Shown: piece by piece, positions 26,405-35,327 of the stretch
Numbering within the stretch: position 1 is the first letter of the stretch
Layout of the letters: each line of letters opens with the position of its first letter
Virus record (IMG/VR): IMGVR_UViG_2882178878_000003
Coordinates: 1 to 64,000 of that record
From: a virus
Lineage: Duplodnaviria > Caudoviricetes
Direction: 5' to 3' (one strand)
Length of the DNA stretch: 64,000 bases
Translations under genes and position numbers: made by a program
Notes under the pieces: generated by a model
The model's input: only the letters and a program-made list of their open reading frames with translations
What the model was told of the DNA's origin: nothing
The model's database searches: none

Positions 26405-27334
26405 CTAACCAATGGGCGTTTCGTAAATGTCTTCTAAAGATATCAAGGTAAATTTGGGTCGACTATTACCCACGCGTGTTATAGTTAATTGAATAGTGAC
26501 TGGCTTTAATAACCATTCTTTATTAATTATTTCTGGATTTAAAATATCTCCGTCAATTTTACCTTTAATTAACTCGTTATCTATTGAAGTTCGAAATTCA
26601 AAAGTGCGACTTACGGGTAAGACGCCTTCAAATTTCCCAGTGAAAGGTACTCGTTCTTCATGGATATTATCGTCCTTTAAGCGGAAGACTGCCTTTTCCA
26701 GTTGTTGACGATCAGAAAATCTAAAAAAATGATTATTAAACTCAAGACCACACCAAGAATCCTGGTCATTAAGAAAACCAAGAAAATCGTGAACTTTTTT
26801 TATAGCTCTAGGGTTTACTTCATCTACGATATCGCTTAACTGGTCATCTGTGCCCGTAGCTGCTACCTCAAAGAGCTTTTGCGCTTCCTCAATAGCTTTC
26901 TCAACAATTGATGGGTTAGGACATAAGTCTGTCTCATCGGCCTTAGGAAGCTCGAATTCGAAACCGAAAGAACCTATAGCTGTATTGGTAATCATGAGCT
27001 GGTTGAATTGACTATCAGGTATCGGCCCCATGGAGTGCAGAACATTTTCAAAACTAGCAGATAGGGTGCTGATAGCTTCAGAGAATAGATAGGTGGCCTT
27101 GGCAGCAAAACGTGCAGAAATAGCTTCGCTTCCATGTACTGGGCTACCTCGGAAAGTTAATTTGGCCTTTTTGTTGATGTGATAGGGATTAACTGCATTA
27201 AGTTCTTCTTGAACTTTTCCCAATCTGTATTCCAGGCCAATCCGATCAATGACGTTTTCTTCAGGTATCTGACTTAAAAGCGTTTTTAGAGCATCTACTT
27301 CGGAAAATAGGCGGGTGTATTGATTAGCATTCAT
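26405..27334 (-). CDS. Hypothetical partner of the nucleotidyltransferase
   Basis: 309 aa, overlaps upstream gene by 11 bp; GSFGFEFEL core and beta-rich C-terminus. Confidence 0.8.
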   Translation of the reverse strand: MNANQYTRLFSEVDALKTLLSQIPEENVIDRIGLEYRLGKVQEELNAVNPYHINKKAKLTFRGSPVHGSEAISARFAAKATYLFSEAISTLSASFENVLHSMGPIPDSQFNQLMITNTAIGSFGFEFELPKADETDLCPNPSIVEKAIEEAQKLFEVAATGTDDQLSDIVDEVNPRAIKKVHDFLGFLNDQDSWCGLEFNNHFFRFSDRQQLEKAVFRLKDDNIHEERVPFTGKFEGVLPVSRTFEFRTSIDNELIKGKIDGDILNPEIINKEWLLKPVTIQLTITRVGNSRPKFTLISLEDIYETPIG

Positions 27335-27908
27335 TTACATCTCCTCCTATATCTGTAAGTAATTTTGAAGCTACGGCATCGTCACCAGGTGACAGTGGAA
27401 CATGAAAAAACCCTTTCCACATATTATCACTTTTGCGATGAGACCACATGCTATACCAGTAGGAAATAGTATTAACAGAGTACGCTGTCAAACCTTGGCC
27501 CAATACCATTTGATATCCATCTACACTATATTTCTTCTTGGCTTCATGAGGTAAGAATAAATCGCCTGCTTTTGGCATGAAACTTCTTTGAGTCTCACCG
27601 GGCGGCAATTCGAAGAATGTGACAGCATCAATGTCGTTAGGCGGCCTAGACTCTAAGGTTTCAATATCGGTCACGAAGCTTCCGTTAAGCCACTGAAAGC
27701 CTTCGATTACACCGGCTTTATAAAGCTCTTGCCTATAGTTTAGTAATCCCTTCAAGATATTGATGCGTGCATGCGTAGCCGCGAAAATATCTATAAAGGC
27801 TGGCATTGTGCAAACGTAAGGAGAACGTTGGAGACTAGATCCAGACTCTCCTGGAGCTATAGGGGGAATAACGCCCGCCATATCAAACAATTGAATTTTT
27901 TTAATCAT
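27324..27908 (-). CDS. Pol-beta-superfamily nucleotidyltransferase-like protein (DUF6932-like)
   Basis: QWLNGSFVT...PPNDIDAVTF gives GS plus DxD; later VDGY could supply the third Asp. Confidence 0.7.
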   Translation of the reverse strand: MIKKIQLFDMAGVIPPIAPGESGSSLQRSPYVCTMPAFIDIFAATHARINILKGLLNYRQELYKAGVIEGFQWLNGSFVTDIETLESRPPNDIDAVTFFELPPGETQRSFMPKAGDLFLPHEAKKKYSVDGYQMVLGQGLTAYSVNTISYWYSMWSHRKSDNMWKGFFHVPLSPGDDAVASKLLTDIGGDVNEC

Positions 27909-27924
27909 TTCTTACTACGCTTCT

Positions 27925-28632
27925 TCAAAAAATCGTATACCGCCCCACGACCTTACCCACCAGCCTGCAGTTATGATCCACTGGCATGATCTTTTCATGC
28001 CAGTTCGGATTTAACGCCCGTAAGTAATAACGACCACTTTCCACCACCAGTTCTTTAAACGTTGCCTCACAGTCACCGTCGCAGGCCATCACCACCAGAT
28101 CCCCAGTATTTAGCTCATCAATCTGGAAGGTAGGATTAACGTATATCCGATCATCAGGTTTAAACATCGGCTCCATGGACACGCCTTTAACGATCAAGCC
28201 AAAGCCGTTTTTACCGGCCCTAGGGTCATAAGGCAGCCATTCGATGATGTTGGATAAATCAGAGGCCATTACTGGTGTCCAGTCCCCAGCCTGCACCCAT
28301 GAGATTACCGGCATAGATGCGGGTGGCATATCAATAAGCTCGGTGCCAGTTGGTGGCAAAAAAGCTTTGCTGTTCCACTGATCTGGCGATTGTCCGGATT
28401 GAAATTGTTGTTGTGATTTAGGGCGAATTCCACCATAAAGAATATAATCAGTCGTAACACCAAAATGATCTGCTATTGCTTTTAAAGGTGCAGCTTTTGG
28501 TAAATAGCCATCCTTCTCCCATTCCGTTACGGCTGGAGCACTTACATCTGCAATTTTAGCTAACTGGGCTTGAGTTAGCTTTTTCTCTTTTCTTAGCGCA
28601 CGGATGCGCTGCCCCACAGTTTGATTTTCCAT
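27925..28632 (-). CDS. cI: CI-like repressor (HTH + S24 peptidase)
   Basis: N-terminal XRE HTH; PVISWVQAG cleavage site, VKGVSMEP and ATFKEL catalytic motifs. Confidence 0.95.
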   Translation of the reverse strand: MENQTVGQRIRALRKEKKLTQAQLAKIADVSAPAVTEWEKDGYLPKAAPLKAIADHFGVTTDYILYGGIRPKSQQQFQSGQSPDQWNSKAFLPPTGTELIDMPPASMPVISWVQAGDWTPVMASDLSNIIEWLPYDPRAGKNGFGLIVKGVSMEPMFKPDDRIYVNPTFQIDELNTGDLVVMACDGDCEATFKELVVESGRYYLRALNPNWHEKIMPVDHNCRLVGKVVGRYTIF

Positions 28633-28709
28633 ATAAGTTATCTTACATGTTGCAAAAATAAGTTTTCTTTGATTTAATTAATAAGAAATCTTATTTTTGA
28701 GTTATAGTT

Positions 28710-28892
28710 ATGACCAAGCAAGAAGCATTTGACTTACTTAGCTGCAATGGAAAGGAGCTGGCTGCAAAGCTCGGTATTGAACCATCCGCTGTTTATCAAT
28801 GGCCAGAAACCCAAATCCCTTTAGCGCGTGAATATCAAATTCGTGATTTGGCAGCCGGAAAGCAGCCAATTACAAAACCAGCCACCAACTAA
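28710..28892 (+). CDS. cro: Cro-like protein
   Basis: Divergent from cI; ELAAKLGIEPSAVYQWPE..IPLAR. Confidence 0.88.
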   Translation: MTKQEAFDLLSCNGKELAAKLGIEPSAVYQWPETQIPLAREYQIRDLAAGKQPITKPATN

Positions 28893-28934
28893 CCAACCAC
28901 CCAAAGGACTGGCCCAGATACCGGAATCACCACT

Positions 28935-29189
28935 ATGAGCCTTGAAAAGAAATCTACACATGTTCGCTTGTCCCCTGAAATTCATGAGCGTGCAAAAGTT
29001 TTAGCCAACATCAAGGGTAAGGACCTTGCCCAGTACCTTGCCTTTTTGCTTGAAAAAGAAATCGTGGGTGAGTGGCATGTTTTAAATTTACAGGCAAAGT
29101 CTTTTGAGCGCTTGGGAATAGGAGCTTTGGTGCGGGACTTGTCAACCGAGGTATGGGATGGCGAGGGATTGGCAGGGAATGAGCAATAA
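28935..29189 (+). CDS. Small regulator in the cII position
   Basis: HVRLSPEIHERAKVLA RHH-like start; follows cro. Confidence 0.6.
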   Translation: MSLEKKSTHVRLSPEIHERAKVLANIKGKDLAQYLAFLLEKEIVGEWHVLNLQAKSFERLGIGALVRDLSTEVWDGEGLAGNEQ

Positions 29190-29221
29190 AAAAACCCGAT
29201 TGCGCAAACAATCGGGTTTTA
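29188..29221. terminator. Bidirectional terminator-like hairpin
   Basis: AAAACCCGATTG-cgcaaa-CAATCGGGTTTT. Confidence 0.75.
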
Positions 29222-29430
29222 GGTGTTCGTAATGAATTACGAACTTAAATCAAGAAATAGGATTTAAACATCATGATTAAAAATAGTCAACCGCCAAAAA
29301 TTACTTATTCAAACAGTGATTTGGTTTTGCTTGAAGAAAATGAGCGCTTAAAAAGCTCACGTGACTTTTGGCGCTTTATGTTCTTTGCCGCCGTTTTTTG
29401 CTATGGCTTGGTTTTGTGGGGGCTGGGTGG

Positions 29431-29610
29431 ATGAGCATAAACACGCATAGATGCCAAGGCCATCACCACAGCGCCAAGTTCGACAATATCCCTTTTGTCT
29501 GCTGCCAGCGCTGCAAGCACTACAGCACGGGTAAAGATGCACAACGGGCGCCGAGCTTGCTTAAAGAGTGGGTGGGTGGCATTTGTCCGAATGAGGAGCG
29601 CAAGTCATGA
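29431..29610 (+). CDS. Small Cys-rich hypothetical protein
   Basis: MSINTHRCQG...CCQRC...CPN; stop overlaps next start. Confidence 0.45.
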   Translation: MSINTHRCQGHHHSAKFDNIPFVCCQRCKHYSTGKDAQRAPSLLKEWVGGICPNEERKS

Positions 29611-30116
29611 AAACCTACTACATGACATGGGACATTATTGACATTACCGACAAAGTTTTGGCTGGCGAAATTGCCAATAGTTTTGAATTTTTCAAAGACA
29701 ACTTTGGCGGTAATTGCTTAGAGCTGTTTTATGACCGCAATGGCAAAAAGAAGCCTGCCAAGCGTCGCGGCTGGTCAGCGACAATCACAGTTGTCGCGGT
29801 TGGTGAAGGCGGCATAAAGCATGAGCTGGTTTTGGATTACACCCCAGACCGCAAAATGTTTTTAAAAGAGTTTATGGATGGCATTACGGGCTACTGGCTT
29901 GCCGAATGCGATGCAACCTTGCCTGATACCGACTGCGAAAGTGCTACAGCTTATGCGAGCTGCAAAGCCCCAGATGCATCACCAAAAACCAAGATCAAAA
30001 AACACAAGCAACCGATGCGCAAGGTTAAGCGGCAGTCCGAAGATACGGCATTTAATGCCGTTGCTGATGCATCCGCCAATCAGCCGCGCATTCGTGTGTC
30101 GCTGGAGGATTTGTAG
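29607..30116 (+). CDS. Hypothetical protein
   Basis: 169-aa ORF in the early right operon. Confidence 0.6.
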   Translation: MKTYYMTWDIIDITDKVLAGEIANSFEFFKDNFGGNCLELFYDRNGKKKPAKRRGWSATITVVAVGEGGIKHELVLDYTPDRKMFLKEFMDGITGYWLAECDATLPDTDCESATAYASCKAPDASPKTKIKKHKQPMRKVKRQSEDTAFNAVADASANQPRIRVSLEDL

Positions 30117-30159
30117 CCATGATCCACTATCAGTCACACACCAATTATGCGAGGGCGAA

Positions 30160-31056
30160 ATGAATAGCGATGTAGGCATATGGATGCCTTTATATATTGG
30201 TGACATGCTCGCAAAAGTTACCCGCTTGACCACCGAGCAGGTAGGGGCTGCCAACCTATTGATGTGGGACTATTGGAGGAATGGCAGTATTCCGGATGAT
30301 AACCAGACCGTTGCCAATATCACGCGGCTATCAGTTGCAAAGGTAAAGGGGTTAAAGCAGGTGCTGGTTAATGCAGGCCTGTTTGTTATTGCAGACGGAA
30401 TGATCACCTCAACTTATTTGGACGATTTAAAAACTCAGGCAACCGATAATAAAGCTTCTAAGTCAGATAAAGCCAAGAAAGCTGCTGAAGTACGCTGGGA
30501 AAATGAGCGTAAAGCAAAGGAATTAGCAGAGCAACAAGCATTGCATGAGCATCATTCTAGCAATGCTAATGCAATGCCTGAGCATATGCAGAATGAATGC
30601 TTGGGCATTGCTCAGGACATGCTTGGCGGATGCCCGTCACCTTCACCTTCATCTAATAATAATAACCCCCCCCAAGGCGCAAGCGCGGACACACGCGAAA
30701 AGATCCTTGTCGATACGTTTGCACCCAATCTGGCTGATGTGAATGTTCGATTAAAGAGTTCGGGGCATAAAGAAATTGATGCAACGCTGATGCTCAAAGA
30801 GTTAGCCAGATTCAAGGATGAATATTCTAAAAACTCAATTGCTTACCCTGAAAACTGGTATCTGGGCAGGTTTAGCAGCTGGATCATGACAAACCATCCC
30901 TCACGACAGCCTAGTAGTAAACCCTCAAGAGCCATTCAGGCCAAAACCAGTGGTGCAGTAAATCAGAACTGGCCAGGTCACGATACCCCACAGCCAATAC
31001 AGGACTTTGACGAAGAAGCCTGGCAAGCAGGATTTGCGGAGGATGGATTGCTATGA
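30160..31056 (+). CDS. Replication initiator, DUF1376/YdaU-like
   Basis: WMPLYIGDML..TRLTTEQVGA..LL..YW.NG.IPDD motif; ATG 30160 preferred over 29878. Confidence 0.85.
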   Translation: MNSDVGIWMPLYIGDMLAKVTRLTTEQVGAANLLMWDYWRNGSIPDDNQTVANITRLSVAKVKGLKQVLVNAGLFVIADGMITSTYLDDLKTQATDNKASKSDKAKKAAEVRWENERKAKELAEQQALHEHHSSNANAMPEHMQNECLGIAQDMLGGCPSPSPSSNNNNPPQGASADTREKILVDTFAPNLADVNVRLKSSGHKEIDATLMLKELARFKDEYSKNSIAYPENWYLGRFSSWIMTNHPSRQPSSKPSRAIQAKTSGAVNQNWPGHDTPQPIQDFDEEAWQAGFAEDGLL

Positions 31057-31808
31057 ACACCATGATTGATTTAACAGAGCTTACCCAAAAGCAAACCCGC
31101 CCAATCAATTGCCATGAACACGGTCAGCAGCTTGAAACTGGTTACATGGGTAGATGGTTTGGTTGTCCCGTATGTGCAGACATTGCATCAAAAAAACAGC
31201 AGGAGGCTGAAAAACTGGAACAACAGCGTGAATTTTTTGCTGCCATGAATTTGCCAGAGTTATTTAAAAATTCAGGGCTTGCTGGCTACAAAATCACGGA
31301 TGCCCGACAGCAGCCTGTAATTGCCCGGTTGCGTGAGTATGTCGAAGAAATCAAAACAGGTAGTAGCAAAAACCTGATTCTGGCTGGTGCAACTGGTACC
31401 GGTAAAACGCATTTGGCTTGTGCGATTTTGCGCAACATTGCGCATTTTAATATTCGTTGCCGCTATGTGTTTAGTGCGGATTTTTCAGCGCAGATCCGTG
31501 CAAGTTGGGATGCTAAGACCCGCACTAAATTTGAATCAGAAGTGATTGATTATTTCGGTAGTGTGCCTGTGCTGCTGATTGATGATTTTGGTGTGAATGA
31601 TCTTCTGAAGTCTGATATTTGGTCGGCATTGTTTGATCAGCGTTACCGCGAGAATAAACCAACGATTATCACCACCAATCTGGATGAAGTAGAGCTGGTC
31701 AAAATGATTGGTGATCGTGCTGCTGATCGGGTGTTGCCAAAATCGTTATGGGCTAACTGTGTATGGGGTAGTTATCGCCGTGTGTCATCCAGCATGGAGC
31801 GAATCTAA
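31053..31808 (+). CDS. DnaC/IstB-like helicase loader ATPase
   Basis: Walker A GATGTGKT, LLIDDFG, TIITTNL, DRAADR; N-terminal C/H zinc motif. Confidence 0.92.
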   Translation: MNTMIDLTELTQKQTRPINCHEHGQQLETGYMGRWFGCPVCADIASKKQQEAEKLEQQREFFAAMNLPELFKNSGLAGYKITDARQQPVIARLREYVEEIKTGSSKNLILAGATGTGKTHLACAILRNIAHFNIRCRYVFSADFSAQIRASWDAKTRTKFESEVIDYFGSVPVLLIDDFGVNDLLKSDIWSALFDQRYRENKPTIITTNLDEVELVKMIGDRAADRVLPKSLWANCVWGSYRRVSSSMERI

Positions 31809-31810
31809 TC

Positions 31811-32233
31811 ATGCGAATGATGAGCGAAGCACAGGCCATGGTCCTACTGGGTAAGCACTACAAGAAACCACGGGATACCAAGCCTAAGGCATCCAAGTAT
31901 AAAAATACTAAGGTGAAGCTGGATGGTAAGACGTTCGACAGTCAGAAAGAGGCCAGCCGGTACCAGGCTTTAAAACTCAAAATGCAGTCTGGCCAGATCA
32001 CGGATCTAAAACATCATGTGTCTTTTGAATTGCAGCCCGCGGTGAAATTTGAGAACGAAAAGCGCAAGAAGCCAGCCCTGCGATACATCGCTGATTTTGT
32101 CTATGTGGACGTTAAAACAGGCTTGCAGGTCGTTGAGGATGTTAAGAGTGCTATGACGCGGAAGCTGGCCGCATATCGCCAGAAAAAGCATTTGATGATG
32201 TCAGTGCATGGCATCGAAATTCAGGAGGTTTAA
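31811..32233 (+). CDS. DUF1064-like phage endonuclease
   Basis: SKYKNTKV..DG.TFDSQKEA.RY...YIADFVY...VVEDVKS. Confidence 0.85.
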   Translation: MRMMSEAQAMVLLGKHYKKPRDTKPKASKYKNTKVKLDGKTFDSQKEASRYQALKLKMQSGQITDLKHHVSFELQPAVKFENEKRKKPALRYIADFVYVDVKTGLQVVEDVKSAMTRKLAAYRQKKHLMMSVHGIEIQEV

Positions 32234-32298
32234 GAAATTCAGGGAAATACAACAAATCGGGATGTCAAACAGAGCAGTCAGCAAATAGGGTGGTTAGT

Positions 32299-32790
32299 AT
32301 GAAAAAATCTCATGTAGAAATTGTGCTTGAAGCCATCGAGGATTTACATGCACAAGAACAGATTGTCACACGGGAAACATTGGCTGAGCTTACTCAGTTG
32401 AAATTAACAGTTATTGATGATCGTTTGGCGTATCTGGTGGATTCTGGACAGATTCATCGGGTGCAGCGCGGTGTATTTGTGCCGGCACCAGTGCATAAGC
32501 CAGCCCGTATCATCAGCAAGATTGTTTTGCCAGGTGGCATTGTTAAGCTGGAAATCGGTGATGACTATGTGCTGACACTCACACCACGTGAGGCACGCAC
32601 ACTGGGTAACCTGATGATGGCTGATAGTTTGCAATATGCCAATATTGAGTTGGGCCATCATACTGCAGTGATGTCGAGTGAGTTTGGTGCGCAATTACGG
32701 GAAGTACAACGTACACTGGCCAAGCTAAATGGCGACTTTAAGAAATCCCAGCAGATTGAAAACGCTGAGGCTGCTACAGAACATCTGTAA
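32299..32790 (+). CDS. Winged-helix protein, last early gene; candidate late activator
   Basis: VTRETLAELTQLKLTVIDDRLAYLVDSGQIHRVQRGVF wHTH pattern. Confidence 0.65.
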   Translation: MKKSHVEIVLEAIEDLHAQEQIVTRETLAELTQLKLTVIDDRLAYLVDSGQIHRVQRGVFVPAPVHKPARIISKIVLPGGIVKLEIGDDYVLTLTPREARTLGNLMMADSLQYANIELGHHTAVMSSEFGAQLREVQRTLAKLNGDFKKSQQIENAEAATEHL

Positions 32791-32908
32791 TCCTAATAAA
32801 TCATGCAGGATTGTGTTGGAAAGTGGGAGGCGCTGATTGATGAAACAATCGGCACTGAATTCTTAAGGCTCACTACAGTGGGCTTTTTGTTGCAGTAAAA
32901 AGCCTGAA

Positions 32909-33553
32909 TTAATCAGGCTGATTGTAGTTACTTGTTGATGGCTTTAATGTCCATCGCTTCCATGCTTTTGCTTTGCCTGCCTTGACATTAAGCAACCCGG
33001 CTGTAGCGTTGCAGTATTCTCCGCCCGTACCGCGCTTGCCGCCTGTGCGCTTAAATACGGTGTCAGCAGGGGCAAATAAATGTGGGTTTTGGCGTACAAA
33101 CTCATATAGATTTTTAAACTTGTACTCGGTGCCATCTGGTGAGATAAGCCACCAGTCTACTGCCTGCACATTAGACGCAAACTTGCCAGCAAGTGGACTA
33201 AGTTTAGCGGCCTCAGTTGCCATAATCTGGCCTGCATTGCTGTGTGGTGCACACTGCGGCTTTTTGGTGCCGATGTCCTTGCGTTTTGCCTTGCTGGCTG
33301 CTGCTGGTGCGCCAAGCTCCCAGCGTTTTTTGGCTACTGTGTCGTAAGCCAGTCCAAGATCACGGGCCAGCTCAGTATTGTTTTTTGACCAGTCTGCCTG
33401 TGACCAATCCACTTTGCGCGGCTTTGGTTTAACTGTCTTGCCAAGCTTGGCGCGGTAGGTGTAGATCGTATGCAGCTTAACGCCCATCTTTGCTGCTATT
33501 ACATCGTTGGGCTGGCTCCAGTCAATCGCCAGCCAGTCAGATTTACTTGCCAT
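32909..33553 (-). CDS. Basic protein with two short HTH-like repeats
   Basis: DWSQPNDVIAAKMGV and DWSKNNTELARDLGL; Lys-rich C-terminus. Confidence 0.7.
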   Translation of the reverse strand: MASKSDWLAIDWSQPNDVIAAKMGVKLHTIYTYRAKLGKTVKPKPRKVDWSQADWSKNNTELARDLGLAYDTVAKKRWELGAPAAASKAKRKDIGTKKPQCAPHSNAGQIMATEAAKLSPLAGKFASNVQAVDWWLISPDGTEYKFKNLYEFVRQNPHLFAPADTVFKRTGGKRGTGGEYCNATAGLLNVKAGKAKAWKRWTLKPSTSNYNQPD

Positions 33554-33566
33554 AAATACCGTCAAC

Positions 33567-34067
33567 TTAAATGTTTTTTAGTGCATAGCGCGGATGCTGA
33601 CCACAGGACAATAAAAACATGCCCCAGGTGGTCGGGTGTGGTCGTTGCTCCCCCTTTTCCCAGCGCTGCCAGTTTGAGATATTAACGCCTGCTAACTTGG
33701 CGCATTTAGCCTGAGTGCCGACTTGTTTGCGCAAGTCTTTTATTTGCTCGGGTGTGGGTGGCTCAACGGGCACGTTATCCCATATTTGCACAGGCTGGTT
33801 GTACTCAGCTGCGACTGCATTAAACATGCGCTCGGCGGCCATATCTTTGTCACCACCATTGGTCAGGTGCGCTTGATACCATGTAGCGATTAACGCGCCC
33901 ACATTGTCGGGGTTGGCAAAAATAGCGCGGTCAAGCTGGTTGTGGTCTGCCAGCTCATGGATTGCTGACCAGTTAAATTGCACGTGGCCGGTGTCCTGAT
34001 CGTGCCATAAGCCTAAATCAGCAAAATCCAGATTGTCCGGCACGCTAATTTGTTTTTGTTGTTGCAT
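33567..34067 (-). CDS. Two-domain protein with C-terminal XRE HTH (Aca-like)
   Basis: PTPEQIKDLRKQVGTQAKCAKLAGVNISNWQRWEKGEQRPH; GGAG before ATG 34067. Confidence 0.75.
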   Translation of the reverse strand: MQQQKQISVPDNLDFADLGLWHDQDTGHVQFNWSAIHELADHNQLDRAIFANPDNVGALIATWYQAHLTNGGDKDMAAERMFNAVAAEYNQPVQIWDNVPVEPPTPEQIKDLRKQVGTQAKCAKLAGVNISNWQRWEKGEQRPHPTTWGMFLLSCGQHPRYALKNI

Positions 34068-34111
34068 AGGTTGCTCCAAAAGATAAGCCCCATTGCTGGG
34101 GCCTTGTTGGT

Positions 34112-34378
34112 TTATAGGACTTCGATTGATTCAGGGTTGTCCCAGTCCAGGTTGTCGTCTTCCAGGCGGCCATCTTTGTAATTTTTAAATAACCAGGTTA
34201 CGCGGTATTCATTGCCATCTTTGTCGGTTGCTAGGGCGCTAAACTCATCCCAGTACATTTCACATTCTTCACCGTCTACTTCTTCAGTCCAGCTATCGTT
34301 AAACCAGCCTGCAAATACGCGGTTGGTGCGCTCAGCTTGGTCGGTAAAGGTTAGGTCATTGATAGTAATTGCGTTCAT
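34112..34378 (-). CDS. Small highly acidic protein, candidate anti-CRISPR/DNA mimic
   Basis: 88 aa with 23 D/E, 7 K/R, 5 W; first gene behind a strong promoter; GGAG RBS. Confidence 0.7.
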   Translation of the reverse strand: MNAITINDLTFTDQAERTNRVFAGWFNDSWTEEVDGEECEMYWDEFSALATDKDGNEYRVTWLFKNYKDGRLEDDNLDWDNPESIEVL

Positions 34379-34443
34379 TTTGATTCTCCGCCCGTGTAAT
34401 GCGCTGGGCTTGCGCCGACTGCGTTATCGCTGTCTATGTAGCT

Positions 34444-34472
34444 ATATTACCGCGAATTGCGGTAAGCGTCAA
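34444..34472 (-). promoter_or_regulatory. Sigma70 promoter with overlapping palindromic operator
   Basis: Minus strand TTGACG-N17-TAATAT; palindrome TTACCGC-N5-GCGGTAA at 34447-34465. Confidence 0.8.
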
Positions 34473-34563
34473 CACCTATATTTAATTATTTACTACCGTT
34501 CGTCGGATTTGATCTGATGGGCTTTTTTGTCGCACTTGCATGAGTGTGTGGATTGGAAGAACA

Positions 34564-34605
34564 CCCCTGTAAGGTTCGACACCTCCATTCCTATTGCCTG
34601 ATTAT
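34564..34605 (+). promoter_or_regulatory. Putative late promoter, motif copy 1 (before terS)
   Basis: CCCCTGTAAGG-N25-GATTAT. Confidence 0.6.
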
Positions 34606-34628
34606 TACCTTGTACAGAGGTAGTATCT

Positions 34629-35327
34629 ATGGCAGACGACAAAACCACAGACTGGAAAAAGATTGAGCTGGATTATCGCGCTGGCGTTAAAAGCTTGCGT
34701 CAGATTGCCAGTGAAAATGGTATTTCGGATACCGCCATTCGGAAGCGAGCCAAAAAGGATGAATGGACTCGTGATTTATCAGCACGTATTCAAGCTAAAG
34801 CAGATGATCTGGTTCGCAAGGATCAAGTTCGCGCTGAGGTTCGCACAAGAACCACTGTTTCAGAGCGTGAGATTGTTGAATCAAATGCTCAGGCTATTGC
34901 TACTATCCAGCTTAACCACAGGAAAGACATTCAACGTTCCAGAAACATAGCCATGAATCTTATGGCTGAACTTGAGCAGCAATCTGGCCTTGATAACGCT
35001 GATTTGCTTGAGCAGCTTGGCGACTTGATGCGCAATGAGGATGACAAAGGGCAGGATAAATTAAACGATTTGTACTGCAAGATTATTTCTCTACCTGGTC
35101 GCGCTAAAACCATGAAGGATCTGGGCGAATCATTACGGGTTCTGATTGGCCTTGAGCGCCAGGCATTTAATATGGATTCTGCCAATATCAATGATTCAGT
35201 TGCTGGTGGTACTGGCAAGCAAATGTCAGATGCTGAAAGGGCTGTTCGCCTATCACGCTTACTTCAATCCAATCCGGATGCATACCAAGCATTATTGGCG
35301 TTAAGAAATGGTGGCAGTAATGGCTAA
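34629..35327 (+). CDS. terS: Terminase small subunit
   Basis: DWKKIELDYRAGVKSLRQIASENGISDTAIRKRAKKDEW HTH; precedes terL. Confidence 0.85.
   Translation: MADDKTTDWKKIELDYRAGVKSLRQIASENGISDTAIRKRAKKDEWTRDLSARIQAKADDLVRKDQVRAEVRTRTTVSEREIVESNAQAIATIQLNHRKDIQRSRNIAMNLMAELEQQSGLDNADLLEQLGDLMRNEDDKGQDKLNDLYCKIISLPGRAKTMKDLGESLRVLIGLERQAFNMDSANINDSVAGGTGKQMSDAERAVRLSRLLQSNPDAYQALLALRNGGSNG

Noticed and set aside
26405-27908. Calling the NTase pair CBASS
   Set aside because: The NTase is short, and the partner shows no recognisable SAVED, patatin, TIR, Cap4 or transmembrane effector features.
29273-29434. Possible frameshifted small membrane gene (A run near 29350)
   Set aside because: Joining two frames gives a plausible ORF ending in an ATGA overlap, but there is no homology evidence; could be chance or a sequencing error.
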